Shown here: positions 1 through 13,707 of the stretch, piece by piece
Layout of the letters: every line of letters starts with the position of its first letter
Numbering within the stretch: the stretch's first letter is position 1
Origin: Microthyrium microscopicum
Lineage: Eukaryota
DNA: 64,000 bases
Direction of reading: 5' to 3'
Assembly: GCA_010405405.1 (NCBI GenBank)
Contig: MU004233.1
Coordinates: 2,086,539-2,150,538 of the forward strand
Notes under the pieces: model-generated
Told to the model about the DNA's origin: nothing
The model's input: only the letters and a program-made list of their open reading frames with translations
The model's database searches: none
Program-made: the position numbers and the translations under genes

Positions 1-285
1 GACTCCGCCCGCGGAACGATCTTTTGGGAAGCAGAGTTGACAGACGATGAAGACGACGAGGCGAGCGAACCAGGAGAGGGCGAAGCTGAACCACAAACAT
101 GGGGTAAACCATTCAAAATCGAATGGATGTCTACGAGCCGTGTACCATTCTATCGAACACGCGGATTGCGGAACCCATGGAATGCCAATCGGGAAGTGAA
201 GATCGCTCGCGATGGCACCGAGCTCGAACCAAATGTTGGCAAGCGATTGATTCAGCTATTCCATCGCGTTGGACAACCTCAATAA
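1..285 (+). CDS. YTH (YT521-B-like) domain protein, 3' end; gene starts before window
   Basis: Open frame from base 1: DSARGTIFWEA...WGKPFKIEWMSTSRVPFYRTRGLRNPWNANREVKIARDGTELEPNVGKRLIQLF, matching the C-terminal YTH motif (F.I.W...LRNPWN.NREVKIARDGTE). Confidence 0.85.
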   Translation, partial: DSARGTIFWEAELTDDEDDEASEPGEGEAEPQTWGKPFKIEWMSTSRVPFYRTRGLRNPWNANREVKIARDGTELEPNVGKRLIQLFHRVGQPQ

Positions 286-2367
286 TCATAAAAGCTAGGT
301 TTTGGGTCTCGAGTCTTTTCGAATCTTCGCCTATCTCCTAAAACACCCTTCTGCTCATTTGGTCTGGCTACCAATCGGCACTTCTTGAAACTCTGCACCT
401 GCCGACTCTGTATTCGGAAGGCATGTTTCTCTCCCATTTCATTGCTCAATTCTTTTCATAATCTTTCCCTCCATACCGCATCAGCATTCTTTGATTAGTG
501 CCTACATTGCGGCCTTGTTGAGAAAAGATTTATAGCTTGTACTTCTCCAGCATACGAAGGGGTCGTGTACGATTTGTGTTTTGATTATCCAATTCTTGTC
601 TTAGCAAAGCTGACAACCCTCAACTTTCTTTTAAAACGACAATACTTCCCAAAGATCAGCAGGCTATCACATCAGCGTCATTGGCTTTCGATGGCTAAGC
701 TGTCATACAATGCTCTTGTACCATGGCTGAAGAACGTGGCGTATTTGTCTTACTTGTATTTCCTTTCATCTTCTAATGTCCAAGCAACGATTATGTAAAC
801 GCTTTCTTTTATATCTGCTATGTATACGCTTGTAGCATATTAACTATATCACATAATACCCAACATAATTTCTAGATACCACGAATACGATACCCAAGAA
901 TACGACATTTCAACTCCCACGCGCCATACCGACTCCGTCTCTACCCTCACTACTGCCTCAAGCTCACAGCATCCTACCTAAGCACACGAAACCATCAACA
1001 TTTGGATTGCTAACATAAAACCCGACGACATATCGATCTTCACAAATCTCCCTTGGCACCATTGTGGAACTTCAATGGTGTTGAAGTAATATCATCAGCC
1101 TCCCCGGACCGACACAACTTGCGCGAGCTTTTCTGGCCCTGAACTACAGACTCGTTTTAGCGATCGTGTGTGTTCCTCTCATCTCATCACTCTCTCATAC
1201 TACAGTGATTACCTATATCTTGTCTCTCCGATAGTGGGACTCTACTCCAGTTGATCCAAACACACCATTTAAGTCAACATATTGGAGATGGAGGAATGTG
1301 GGCAGAACAGCTACCGATTAGTGGTAGTCAACGTATCCGGGTCAAGATATCAATGTACGTTTGGACAAGATACAAAATCAAAAGCTTTGCCTACCATCTC
1401 TCAGTTCCACTTTTGCCAAATCGTGCCAAATCAACGGTGAAAATGGCCTGACACCGTGGAGATTAGCATCGCTATCTTTCACCTCTGACTTCCATCCTGC
1501 TGCCAAAATGGCCTGATCCTGTATTCGCTCCCGCTTCAGGGAAACTAAACCAGCCTATTTTGCTGCAGCAGCAACTTTGTGTGATTGGTATAGTCGCACG
1601 CATGGAATGCGCATTTCTGTGCCCAGTCCATCAAAAGCCTGGAACTCAAGCCAATCATACTGATCCTATGGTGCACTCCAACCGGCCCTGTAGCACTAAC
1701 CCAAGAGCACGCCCACTTCTTGAACAAGAAAAAGTGACCGTGACAACCCACCAGAAACGCAGTTGAACAATCATTCATTCTTTCCCCGCCTATGCCGCCA
1801 AAACCGGAGAAAGGCGTGTGGTGGTGGCCATGCAGAACACAAAGACTGTGCGATCATCATCATCTACTCTGTATCTGGATCGCTCTCCCTTCTTGATGTC
1901 TGGATTTTTGCTTGGTTCCTGGGCACGAAATTAATCACCTTGGGCCAATACTAAATAGTGACCAGGTGGCGAAAATCTCAAGATCTTTATGACTTAGCGG
2001 AGTAATTGCCCTTGTGGATACTTGCCATGTGATGCTCAACAGGGTCAAACTCCTTCCCGGCATGTTGAGGTCATTTCAACTCTTGGATCTTAGGAATCTT
2101 TTGAGAGTGGCCTGATAATATGCTAATCTCGGAGTAGACTCCGATTAAGGAGGTTAGTTTTATGAAAGTCAATGTGGCTGATGCGCATGACTGCGCCACT
2201 GCGTACCATCTCTAAATAAGCTAGCCTACAATTGTGTTCAATCTTATCATTTACCGCAATCTAATCTTTGCCAACTCCGCATCACGAAAAAAAATAGGCA
2301 ATTGTACAACTTGATCTTCACCACGCCAAATTCCCCTCCCCAAAAAGCACAACGACATCCACCAAAA

Positions 2368-3488
2368 ATGGGTCTCGCAGGGCCGAAAAAGTAACCTTCT
2401 CAATCTCAAGATAATAACGCTCACTAACTTGTCCAGACGCGCAAAGATCGGCCACGACCCCAACAACACCAACTGGTCCTCAAACACCACCCGCTTCGGC
2501 CACAAAGTCCTCTCCGCACAAGGCTGGACGCCCGGCGCCGTCCTCGGTGCCTCATCCGCCGCGCACGCTGAGCACTACACTGCCGCCAGCGCCTCACATA
2601 TCCGCGTCGTGCTTCGCGATGGCAACCGCGGGCTTGGCTCAGAGCGGAAAAAGGGTGGGATGGAGGATGAATCGTTTGGACTGAATCTGCTGAGTGGAAT
2701 ATTGGGAAGACTGAATGGTAAGAGTGAGGAGGTGCTTAAGAAGGAGGAGGGTGCGAGACGGGATATTGGGTTGCAAAGATATATGGAGGGCAAGTGGGGA
2801 GGGGTGGGATTCACGTTTGGGGGCTATTTGGTGGGCGATCGGATTGAGAAGACGGAGGAGGCTGTTGAGGAGGCGAGGGTGGAACAGATGGCGAGGTTGA
2901 AGGCGTTGAAGAGGCCGAGAGATGAGCATGATGAGGTTCCGCAGAAACGGTCGAAGAAGTCGAAGCGAGCAGTCGAAGACACCGAGGATGTCAAAAAGTC
3001 AAAGAAATCGCAAAAGCGCAAGACAGAAGTCCCCCAGAACGATGAATTGCCAGCAAATACAGCAAGAAGTACACCAGTACTTGCGAAAGACGACTCTGAG
3101 AACTCAGAAGACCCAATTGAGATCAAGCGTCGTCGGAAAGAGGAAAAGCGAGCCAGAAAGGAAGCCCGTCGACAGAAGAAAGAGCAGAAGAAATCGAAAG
3201 CTTCAACCAGACCTGAAGAAACGGCAACATCAGACATGGACCTGGTGCAAAGCGCCAATGACAGACAAACGACAGGAACATCTACTCCAAGTGCCGGGCA
3301 AAGCGGTTCTTCCACGCCATTGTTTGCTGGGGGTCGTGGTAGGCATGCTATACGGCAAAGATATATTCAGCAAAAGCGAATGGCATGCCTTGACGATAAG
3401 GCCCTTAATGAGGTATGTTTCGATCTATTAATCATCATGCAGGTCACTGATTCAGCAATAGATTTTCATGATCAAATCGAACGCTTGA
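2368..3488 (+). CDS. PXR1: G-patch nucleolar protein PXR1/Gno1 (PinX1 homolog)
   Basis: Spliced start MGLAGPKK|RAKIGHDPNNTNW (intron 2391-2436). G-patch FGHKVLSAQGWTPGAVLG...GLG, Lys/Glu-rich middle, C-terminal RQRYIQQKRMA..D.KALNE|IFMIKSNA* (intron 3413-3461). Confidence 0.88.
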
Positions 3489-3937
3489 ACTTAGCGCATG
3501 CTATCTTATGCCGTGGTATTCATTATCATACTTTGTGCTTAGATGAAATACATACCAATGTCCACCGCTATAACCACGCCTTTTGTTCTCGCGGATTTAC
3601 AAAGGATCCGTATCGGATACAACAAGACAGAAGCAGGCTCGTTACTACCGAATCGTTCACTGTCGGCCCTATCAAGCTCATAGAACATAATACCTACACC
3701 ACATCTTCTACCGTATATGTGTTTTCGGCGCTGCTTGATCTGGTGAGATCTTGTTGGATTGAGCTTCCAGCGGGAAAGGACAGGCTACTCATCCTGTCTG
3801 ACAGCTGATCAATCGAAACAGTAGACCTTGGTGCTAGGTCTTCCACGAAAGGCTTGCCTATTGCTATCTTCCTAGCCAGTTTTTGCATGTCTGACAGAGT
3901 TGAGCATGAAATGGACGACAGGACGGTTGGATCGAAG

Positions 3938-6330
3938 CTAAACACGGACGCAGCAGTACTCATCTTGAGCATCTCCTGCCATTATTGCATTCAGATCTTG
4001 AGAGTCGTTTGCTTTTCCTTGTAACCCACGTAACTGACTTGTAGCTCTCTTAAACACCATCATCGATTGCAAGTTCAAAATATGATCCTGTCTTTTGCGG
4101 ACGTCTAGTGATTGCTGGTCGTCCCTCATCTGATGATGATGGTCGACGAAGAAGTCAAATAGCCGTTCGTCCGTCATATCTAAGAGCAAATCTGCGGCAT
4201 CTAGAGCCTTATATACGAGCCGTTGACCCCTTGGTAATATTGCCCGTAGTTCTGGGTCCCTCCGGGAAGGAAATGGTGGGATCAGGAGCATAGAAGCCAG
4301 CACTCTAAAGCATTCGGTGGGTGACGCACAAGCGTAATGATCACTCTCAGGACGGAAACTCCCAAAAGAAGCTCCATCATCAACGGCGCTGGCGATGTAT
4401 CGTTCCCAAAGCAACCAATAGAGACCCAGAACATCAAGTTGCAACGAGGGTTTATGCCTTAGTCGCCGCAAAAAATGCCATTCTTTGGACATTGCTGGCT
4501 CGGATTGGAGGTAACTTTTGCACCAAGTCAAAGCCCGACGAAGCCATACATGACGGGTGAAGTATACTAATGGCCTCCATGCTCCTGACAGCATTTCATC
4601 TTCCTTGCGTACCGATTGGTGAGGGTTTGGAAAAGCCATTCGAAACATCGACGATTCGTATACTCCCAGACCTCGCAGTTGTTGATGGGCGAAGGAATCA
4701 AAGTATATGGAACCTGGAATGCGGGCATCTGCTCTTCCCTCTCCTTTCATAAGCTCCTTTGTTACATGTTTCGCAAAAAAACAATCGTTTAAAGTGAAGG
4801 AGCATAAACCACCATGAGAACTACATCCGAAAAGCATATGGTTTGCCAAAGTCGACACCTCTTCCAGTAGACCTATGCTCCTACTGAGGGACTGTCTGTT
4901 GCTTGAAGAGGTACTCTTTGAAACCATTAACTTTGAAACACTTTCCAGCAAAGCTCTTTCAAAGCGCGTTGAGCGGCATAGTAGACCTGAAGCCTTCTTC
5001 AATGTAGCTTCCTCGGCGATGTTTGAGAGAACATTTTGCTCAAGGTTGGAAATCACAAGCTCAATAAAAGAACGAACTATGGACAGATCGGATTCTTGAG
5101 ATATTGCCAGACAACAGTAGATCAGGAGCTGAATGCTTGCTCCATTACTCATCGCCCTCTCATAGCACCAGAGAAAGACATACAATGGAAACGCCAGGCT
5201 TGAGTTGTAGTTGCAAAAGAAGAAGTCAGCAATGTCCCGTACAAGCCTCAAAACTCGTTGTGGCATAGCCACAAGCAGTTCCTCTTTGGAGGCTCTGCTT
5301 GTGAAGAAAGGCAGAATATTTTGAAGGAGATTGATCTGTACTTGGATTCCAACTTCCGCAAGGCTTCGGAATATGCGAGTAAGCAACGGAAACCCTCGAC
5401 ACTCGGTGTCCTCTATCTCGGCCTTGAGTCTGTTAGGTAAAATGTTGGACTGCTGAGCATCATTTGGAATTGTGCTACGATCGATCTTTGAGACAGGATC
5501 TTCTGGCTTCTTCTGGGTTTTATTTTGCTTTTTGAGGTCTGAAAGTTCATTAGGGACGTCCTGCCGAGATACTTCGGAAGATACTGGGTTATAGTATGCC
5601 TCAAGCCACAAGCCTTGGTCGATTTCGATGCTTTCTTTCTGTTTTGCGGTGGAACAACACAGCCCTTGAGACGAGTCTTTACACAGACAATCAAACAATG
5701 TTGACTCCTTGTGTCGCTTAGGAGATGATATCTATTCCATTTCTTCGCAGAAGATAGGAGCTTTCCGCTTCTCCGGGGTTGAAAGAAGTCTCACCACCTC
5801 CGTTGGGTAGGATAGTGCGCTACGATTGAAGACAATTTAGCTCAAAGAAGTTTTCCTGGAGCTTGGCTACAGCTTACGAGTTTGGCCCTGCTACTGACCT
5901 CCTGATTTCAGTTTCCTTCGTTTCGTTTAAGTCATCATCACTTCCTTCTTTTATCAACTCTTCATGGGATTGGTCCTTGAACTTCTGGCTCGCCCGGGAA
6001 CCATTGGACGTCACGACAGCTCCAGAAGGAACCTCGATCTTCCATTTTTTCTTGACTTGCCTGCTAAGTTGAGTGCGGCTACATATATCTTAGTACTTCG
6101 AGTCCATATTGGTAAACAGCAGAACTAGAAAGTACTAACGATGGTGAGAATCCTGGAATTGCCTGCTCAGTAATCCAATTGTAGCATCGAGCAATACCTT
6201 GTTTGCCGCCCCGAAGATACTCTCGGAGAATGCCATGTCTGTACTGCTCCCAAATTCCAGGGTCAATGCGATCTGAGCGATTTTGGACTGCAGTGTTTGC
6301 AGGAAGAAATTTGACCCGGCTTAGATCCAT
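3938..6330 (-). CDS. Clr5-like N-terminal domain protein, possibly interrupted (in-frame TAG at 5732-5734)
   Basis: ATG 6330: ...IWEQYRHGILREYL...GFSPS|RTQLSRQVKKKWKI resembles a Clr5 domain. Introns 6079-6139 and 5820-5877 keep frame into the 586-aa ORF 3938-5698, apart from one TAG. Confidence 0.55.
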
Positions 6331-9131
6331 CGTGAATGATGATGGCCGTCGGAAGGCTGAAGAGACGAGAGTATGCAGAAAGACAACAAATTCAGTCTGC
6401 GGCGACTTTGTTACAGTACCTCTTCTTCCACCAGGCTGAGATGTGGGGAGCGCATATAGCCTCCCACATGAGCCTGCATATGACAATTCCTTAATTGGGC
6501 ATAGCACAGGGCTTTTGACCTGCCCTTCGCCAACTGGTCGACAACACAATTGGCGCGCTCACTGCTTCTACGTACTCCATAGAGAGCTAAGTAATCGATA
6601 ATAGAGCCAAGCAAGCAAATTGAGAGCGCACCATTCATTTCGTCAATCCGTTGCCTGCGTCAGCCTTGTAAGCAACGCACCAATTGCATGCTCCTAATGA
6701 GATCATTTTGCCGAATAGCCCTTCGTCTTGATCCTCCAGCCTTGAGCGAAGTCGAGAATTTCCAAATGCGGCTTAAATCGTTCTGTCTGAGGTGTGATAC
6801 TGAGACGACGATGCTAAACGGCAGCCTCATACAAGTTGCTAATTCCCTAAATGGGAAATTCGCAAGTCATTATCAAGGTACTCCCTGATTTTCCTATTCC
6901 CAAAAGGGATATTGTACAATAGATATCGAAGCGGATTGGACTATTCAGATGATGCTGTGGTGGCTTGCAGGCTACAGGGTCAATTTCATCAGAGATATAT
7001 CCAGACCTGAGAATATAAATTAGTAGCGAACATTTGGGACCGCAATAAATCTATATAATTCATTATGCATCTGTTGTTCAGATTCCTCCACGCATAACCA
7101 TATTATATATCAATTTACTACAATGTCTTCGTATCAATTTGATCGGTTTGAACAGATTGTTCCACAACTTGGGTCTTGGACGGACAACAGCCAAAATCAA
7201 GATGACGAAATGTCCCCATGCACTGTAGAAGGCATTAAGTAGTCCTCCTTTGCAATTCCAATCAGAACTGACTTTACCAATAAGCTCATGGTTATTCTGC
7301 CTCTGCATCAATTGAGCAGTACAGCAACTACTGTTTTTGTTCCGATCAACCCTCATTCCAATATGGACAACCACTTTGCCTCCTTCATCCACCTTCACAT
7401 GAAGTCAACCCAGACTCCTCCAGTCCAGAAGTTACGCTGTTCAGACAATCGATTTATCGATACCCCGAAAACGGTCAAGACCCCGATTCAGACCAAGTAC
7501 CTTCCCATTTCAATAAGCTCACCCAACGTCACAATGAAACCAGTCCCGGATCCCAAAGCTCCCTTAGCTATCTTCAGCTCGACGACCACAGCTCCTTGAC
7601 ACCACAACAAATCACTGCGAAGATGAAGGTAAAGAATTCTTCAAAGAACAGTAATCGCTCTCAACATAGCAAGGATGAAGCCAATAAAACCTGATCCGGG
7701 TTCAATACTCAAAAGATGGCATCCACCTCATCAAGCTGGAGCATCATCGAGCCCACTGATACAACCACTTAATTCATTTCAATCTCCATTTCGCATTCTG
7801 GGCGCGCAAGTGTGCGTTTTGTACCCTCTTGCATGCCGCGTATCCTTCCTTGTTAGTGATTTGCGGGTATTGCCGTTCCATTTCGATTCGCTTTCCTTGG
7901 CTATTCTAGTAGTGTGTCAATCAATGGTTGTTCTTGTGGTAATCTGGTACATGTCATCTCCCGCCAGGTATTTTATAGAATGAAGAGCATATTATCAAAG
8001 TGTTAATCTAAAGATTGTCATGTCTCTAGTAATCTCGCCAGCAACGCCATCACAGTTCATAGACCGTTCTATCTACTAGCACGTTTTCAGGGGGTGCCAC
8101 ATGCAAGCTCGGGAGAAATCAAGGTGACCTCGCCACCTCCGAATGCCATTTCCATCGTATATTGAGGCTGATATCGTACCTGTGGCGCAGCAATATAACT
8201 TCCAACTTCAGGATAGCAACAGAAGCAATCTCTCTTACTACTGCATTGTCAACTCACGATTGATCAATGGAAAGGGTTAAGATCTCCCTAGTCAGATTAT
8301 CAGCAAACGAGTAGTTTTCCAAAATTCACGATCACAAAACCCATAAGCATCAAACAAGCACATCCATCTCATTCCCACCACGATATCACGCTATGGTACA
8401 AGTTCCTCCCTACCTTCACGCAACCCATCACACAACGCAGTAAAAACCAAGCCATCCTTTTCCCACAAGCCCAAAACGCAAAGCCAAGAAAATGGGGGTA
8501 TTCTTCTTTTCAAGGAGCAACAAAATCTAGGAGCCTTGAACAACAATGACAAAAAACAACAACAAGGACACATTTGGAAAATGCTTTGGTTTCCAATGCT
8601 CATTGACTTCGTGATACAACAGCAAAGCAAGAGAAACGAAGGGAAAAGGCAAAATGTGTTACCTAACAATTACAAAGGTTTGAGTAGGTTTTCGTTCCGA
8701 ATTTCGTTTCATGCTCTCAGAGTTTTTTGGATCTGGGAGGTGTTTAGGAGTTTTCAAATTTGAGTTTTATTTTTGGCAAAAGTGTGCTATGCAAGTTTCG
8801 TTTCGTAATGTGACCTCGTGGGAGGATCGGGGACGCTGCTCGTATGGGGATTTGTAAGAGGGCGATAATTAATGGTGATGAAATAAGTCGCTCAGAGGTA
8901 CTTTCCATTTCAGGTGATGGTACAGTGGTGCATCAGGAGTAGAGGTTGGGATATAGTGTTGCTCCAATTCCAAGTATTTGCAATTGGATAATGGTGTAGT
9001 CTAGTTTGATAACGGAGACTCAGTATTGTTGCTACCATAAAAATGCAGGGGTTTCAATCAAGTGCGCTGCACTTTCTTGATACTTGATTATTCAACTGGC
9101 TAGGTGTGCAAGTGACACCAAAAGTGCCTGA

Positions 9132-11828
9132 TCAGGGATGCTGTGCTTGCTTGTCCAAGTTGCCAAAAGGACTCAACGGCTGCATTGGGCTCAGCTCCGG
9201 CAAGTCTAGTAAGCGGTCTTTTTGCCCTTCTGCGACATCATCTTGTCTCGTGTTGCCGTTTCGATTGGCACGAGGGCCGAACTGAGGCTGTGTTGTAGGC
9301 TCGCTTCCACGTCGCGAGCTGCTCATTGTCGAAGGTTCCAGCTGAGCAGGGCGATTCTTAGTCCGACTGCTCTGATGGGGATCATTGGAACCCAGGCCTC
9401 CTTCACCATCAGGATTGGGACCTATGGGTGAGGTCGCAGGTCGAGGAGCTGGGCTTTGAGACGAGGAATGAGGAGCGCTGACGGTATGTTGGGGCCGACC
9501 ACGATCAGTGGACTGGTCACGGCGGCTTCGCGTAGAATCCTGCGAATCTTGCGATTTCAATTGTGGTGGTGGGTATTTGTCGAAGTGCTGAACTGGCATC
9601 GAACGTGGAGCCACGGGTTCATGTTCAGTATCGGGATTTTCTATCGCAGCATATTCTGCCTCGAGATAGTCGCGTTCAGTAGAACAGCCCCGCCAGCAGT
9701 TCTTCCAGTCCAAAATAAGCCATTGGAAGCATGGCATTTCCATCTTCATAGCAGGCATGAAGCACACACACAGATTGTGAAATGTCATTTTGTTTTCCTT
9801 CGATGAGTTCAGTAGCATGGTGATGTGCGCGGTGACTGCAAACAATAAATAGTAGTTGAATGGGGGTAGTTGAGATAATTCGTGCTTGAGAATCTCTGGC
9901 GCTCCTTGTTGCTCTGAGATGCTAGGAATGGAGCCTGCAATTCGATGTTGCAGAGCCTTGGGGAAAACCTCGTCAGGAAGATCGCGAAGCCAGGCCTTGA
10001 ACATGGAAGAGATGGTATTGACGTCGTATAGTTCCTCCTCAGCAAGCAAGTCAATATCAAGTTCTAATTGAACGTTAGTGAGAGAATATGTAGGCTACAG
10101 CAGAGTGACATACCATTATCAAACCGCCAGATCCATTGCCGGATTTCGCGTTCGCTACCAGGAACACGATATAAGCCCTCGTGAGCCATTCCTTTGTCGT
10201 TCAAATAGTCAATGCATCGATATGCAACAGCTGGTAACCAGAATTCGGTCTTATCCTTACACTCCTCCAGGCGTTTGCATATCCGCGTTCTTCGGGTCTG
10301 CTCTTTGAGTGGCAGATTGACAATGTTATAGCTCTTGGTTAGGTGAGCTTGCTGAGCTGCCACGGCATCACGCTCCGCCTTAGCTTTTTGCTCTTTATAA
10401 TCTGGCGCATCTTTAGGGTCATTTGATCGAGTTGACAACTTGCCCAACAGTCCCTTTGCAGCACGACCAAAACCATCAGCAGCACGAGTGCCCACACTAC
10501 GGCCATTGTGTTGAGGTGGTAGGGTCATTGGTGGCGCGTTAAACGTTGGGGTAGGGATAGGGTCTTCCCAAGTCTGGCGATCGACAGATTGGTTTCGTAG
10601 TGTAGAAGAAGGTTTGTCTCTGGTGCTACGATCTTGTCGGGTCTCTCGTTTGATTTTGGACTTTTGAGGTGCCGCATTTCTGCTTTCTGGAATCATGTTC
10701 TCATCATCCTTTATAGAAGCTTTCCGACCCAAACCAAGTGTAAATTTGTGCTTCGATGATTTTTTCTTGGGTAAGTTGGGGGCGGCCATGAGATTATCAG
10801 GATTATGTAAGGCGCTGGGAGAGCGATCGTCGCCAGGCGTGATAGAGGAGCCTGTACAAACGTCAGTGGGCATTGTTCATGCAAGGGCGCACTAGTCACT
10901 TACCGTCTTGGCTATGGATGTTTGACACGGTTAATTCCGGTGATGATCCCATTCCGCGATTTAAATTGTAGACTTGTGCCATAGCGCCGCCTGACATTGC
11001 AGAGGATGCTGAAGGATTGTTGCGCACGGGAGAGTCTTGTTTTGGTATTTTTGAGGTGGAGCGAGAGGCAATGGGATTGGAAAAGAAGGACTTGGCGGAT
11101 TTGTTGTTTGGTTTAGGAGATGGATGTCTAGGTACTGCGGTGATGGGCGAGTGCTGATGAGCGTCGTAGCCTTCAGCGAAGCTTTGGTTGAACGGCGAGT
11201 GCGGTCCTGCGGGAGTGTGGGGAGTACGCGGCGAAGATAGCGGCGATATGCCGGTGTTGCGATCTGGAGCGTCACGCTGCACAGAGATTCCAAGATTGGG
11301 AGTTCTCATTTTTTTGCGCAGACGTTTGTTTGGGGGTAGATTGTGACTCTCGGGGTCGACGGTGATCTCTCCGTTACCACGATCTGACAGCGTGGCTTGG
11401 TTTACCGGTAGAGGAATTTGGGGCTTTATGGAACGGTTGATAGAGGCAACCACAGCCCGAGACGAGATCGATAACCTGCGGGCCAGCGAGGTCTTCCTGC
11501 CCAGAGATGGTTGTAGTTGTTCGGAAGTATCAAGGTGTGAGGGGCTTGATCGTGGAGGTGGTGGTTGTAGTTGTAGTCGGGATTGGCGCGATGCTTGTGG
11601 TGCTAATGAGGAAGGTACGGGTGGAGCTTGGGTAGGTACGTTCCGACTTGGAGGAAAGGATGAGGAAGGCGCTACCGACGACTTGGATCGACCGTGAGTA
11701 TGCGCAAAGATTCGTCGTTGCAGAGTCCGAAGTGATGAATGTCTGCTTAGTTTCGATATATCCGACCTCTCAGCCTGTTCTATATTCATTGTTAACCTTG
11801 GCCTTCTTGAAATGCCCCTCGCTGCCAA
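9132..11828 (-). CDS. RhoGAP-domain protein
   Basis: Three ORFs joined by introns 10852-10903 and 10064-10113. Motifs KDKTEFWLPAVAYRCIDYLN, EGLYRVPGS (arginine finger), SMFKAWLRDLP and NKMTFHNL. Confidence 0.9.
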
Positions 11829-13707
11829 ATGCTACCGGACCAGCATGCAGTGCAATGGAAATATAAAGTTGGAGGGGATGCGGGTGAGCAAAAATCAGCA
11901 TGCTGAGACAGCACTCAATTTTTTGGTTTTCTTTCCGTCCTGTCTCACTTCTCGTCAGGCTGTTGCTATGGCCAGTCCTTGGAACGCTGATTCCAAGAAA
12001 CCAGCACAAAGAACATAAAGCATGCGCATCAAACGCTGTGGATATGGAACGACAGGAAATGCTGATAGACACGAAGTTTTTGAGCACCCAACACAACAGC
12101 AACAGAAACTCTGAAATCAAGCAAAGAAAGATAGACGGAGCGGTCCATTGGAGACATGCCTTTTTGCAACCTTGGACAGCGCTACAACAGCAGGTTTAGC
12201 CCCTTCTCTCAAGAAACCGCCTGATGCGGTCTTCCAGTTGTTTTTGTGTGGTGCCTATCGGACTCGTCCAGGGCGGAAGGGGGGCTGATGTTGGTCTGCA
12301 AAGTCCAGCGGTCGGCTAGACTAGGATCGGAGTGCGACGAGTGGAACAGCAAAGGCAAGGCTCTCTCGCAGCAACCGGGGACGACTGGTGACGAGGACGC
12401 TTTCGCGTCTTCCTGGCCTCGACTGGATGGATGGATGAGAGATCAAGCAACGAGCGCAGGGCACTAGGTTTAGGCTAGGGATTTGACGATGGGTTGAGAT
12501 GTGGTTGCGGGTCGGAGGGCGTGTGGACTGTACTGTGGAGGCGGGTGGCAGGGCGACATGCACAAAGCATCAACAACTCAGGGACAGAGATGCGAAGCAG
12601 CACAGTTAAGTCGACAATGGAGGATGATAGAGAGGGGTGAATGGTCCCTGAATGGAATAGTTGAAGTGGGACTAGCATAGGATACTTGTCCTGGTCTGAT
12701 TAAGTTCTACAAGGAGGAGAGAGTTTATCCATCCCACCCAGCGCCAGTGTCCAGACACCCTACCCTACACTGTACAGAAGCACTCCCACACCTAAACCCA
12801 AACCTGGTTTAGTGCCTGGGGTCCGAGTTCCGTTTCCGTGAGCTGTCGAGTCTTGGGGACCAGGTACAGGTAGCTAGCCAGTTATCAGCTCTACTCCTTG
12901 AACTCATACATGACATGATTATAGCCGCTGGTTTCTTATTCACGATATTCCTCCCATCCGACGATATCAAATGTGATGGATCTGGGGGCTTTCTCTTCCC
13001 TTCGAAGTTCGGATCCATCCCATCATTCAACTATTTCGGAGCAAAAGCTTGAATCAACCCTTTTACGGTAAGCTTGAGAATCGCGGCTGATGTTACCTGC
13101 ATCTTTCCGATTGTCCATTCCAGCCTCTAAGCTCAAAATACCAATGCTGAATTGGGGCTTTTACGGGACTTGGGTATCCACATCTGCAGCCGAGTCGATA
13201 TTATTGTCACTTGAGCCGAACCTGGCGTCAGCGCTTCTAAAGGAAGGGTACGTGTACTTTGTACAATTCATCATCATGACATTTCCATTCTTTACCATAT
13301 CAACTATCCCAAGAACAGGTAACCGCTTCGTATCAGAGTTCAGCCCGACATGCAGGAACCGATTTCATCTCTTGCCTCAAATGGCCGTTTCTGTTCGCTT
13401 CATTTGTTTCAAGGACCACTTGAAACATTATTCGCCATGTTGGAATGCATGCCTCGCAGATCACCACGGCAAAAGATATTAACACTTTCAGCATTCTTTT
13501 CTTCAACTTCTTCAACTTCCAATTAGACCCGGATGCTAAGTACCTCACAATGTGCCTTGCATTGCTTTTGCCAATACAGAGCCCGTGCAAGCCGTTTCAT
13601 CTAATACGCCGAACTGACAAAGAAAATCCCCAACGCCTGTCGGATGGAAAAGAAGCCAGGATTAAAAAATAACGGTGGCCTGAAAATGCTCCGTAACAAT
13701 GCGGCTC

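Noticed and set aside
3413..3808. ORF-track extension of PXR1 to 459 aa
   Set aside because: It reads through intron 3413-3461; the spliced product ends IFMIKSNA* at 3488.
7078..7983. Several ~100-aa ORFs and a TGA-interrupted minus frame
   Set aside because: No motif support, and no evidence for an alternative genetic code since neighbouring genes use TGA as stop.
12465..12482. Telomere-like GGTTTAGGCTAGGG
   Set aside because: Only about two degenerate units, not an array.
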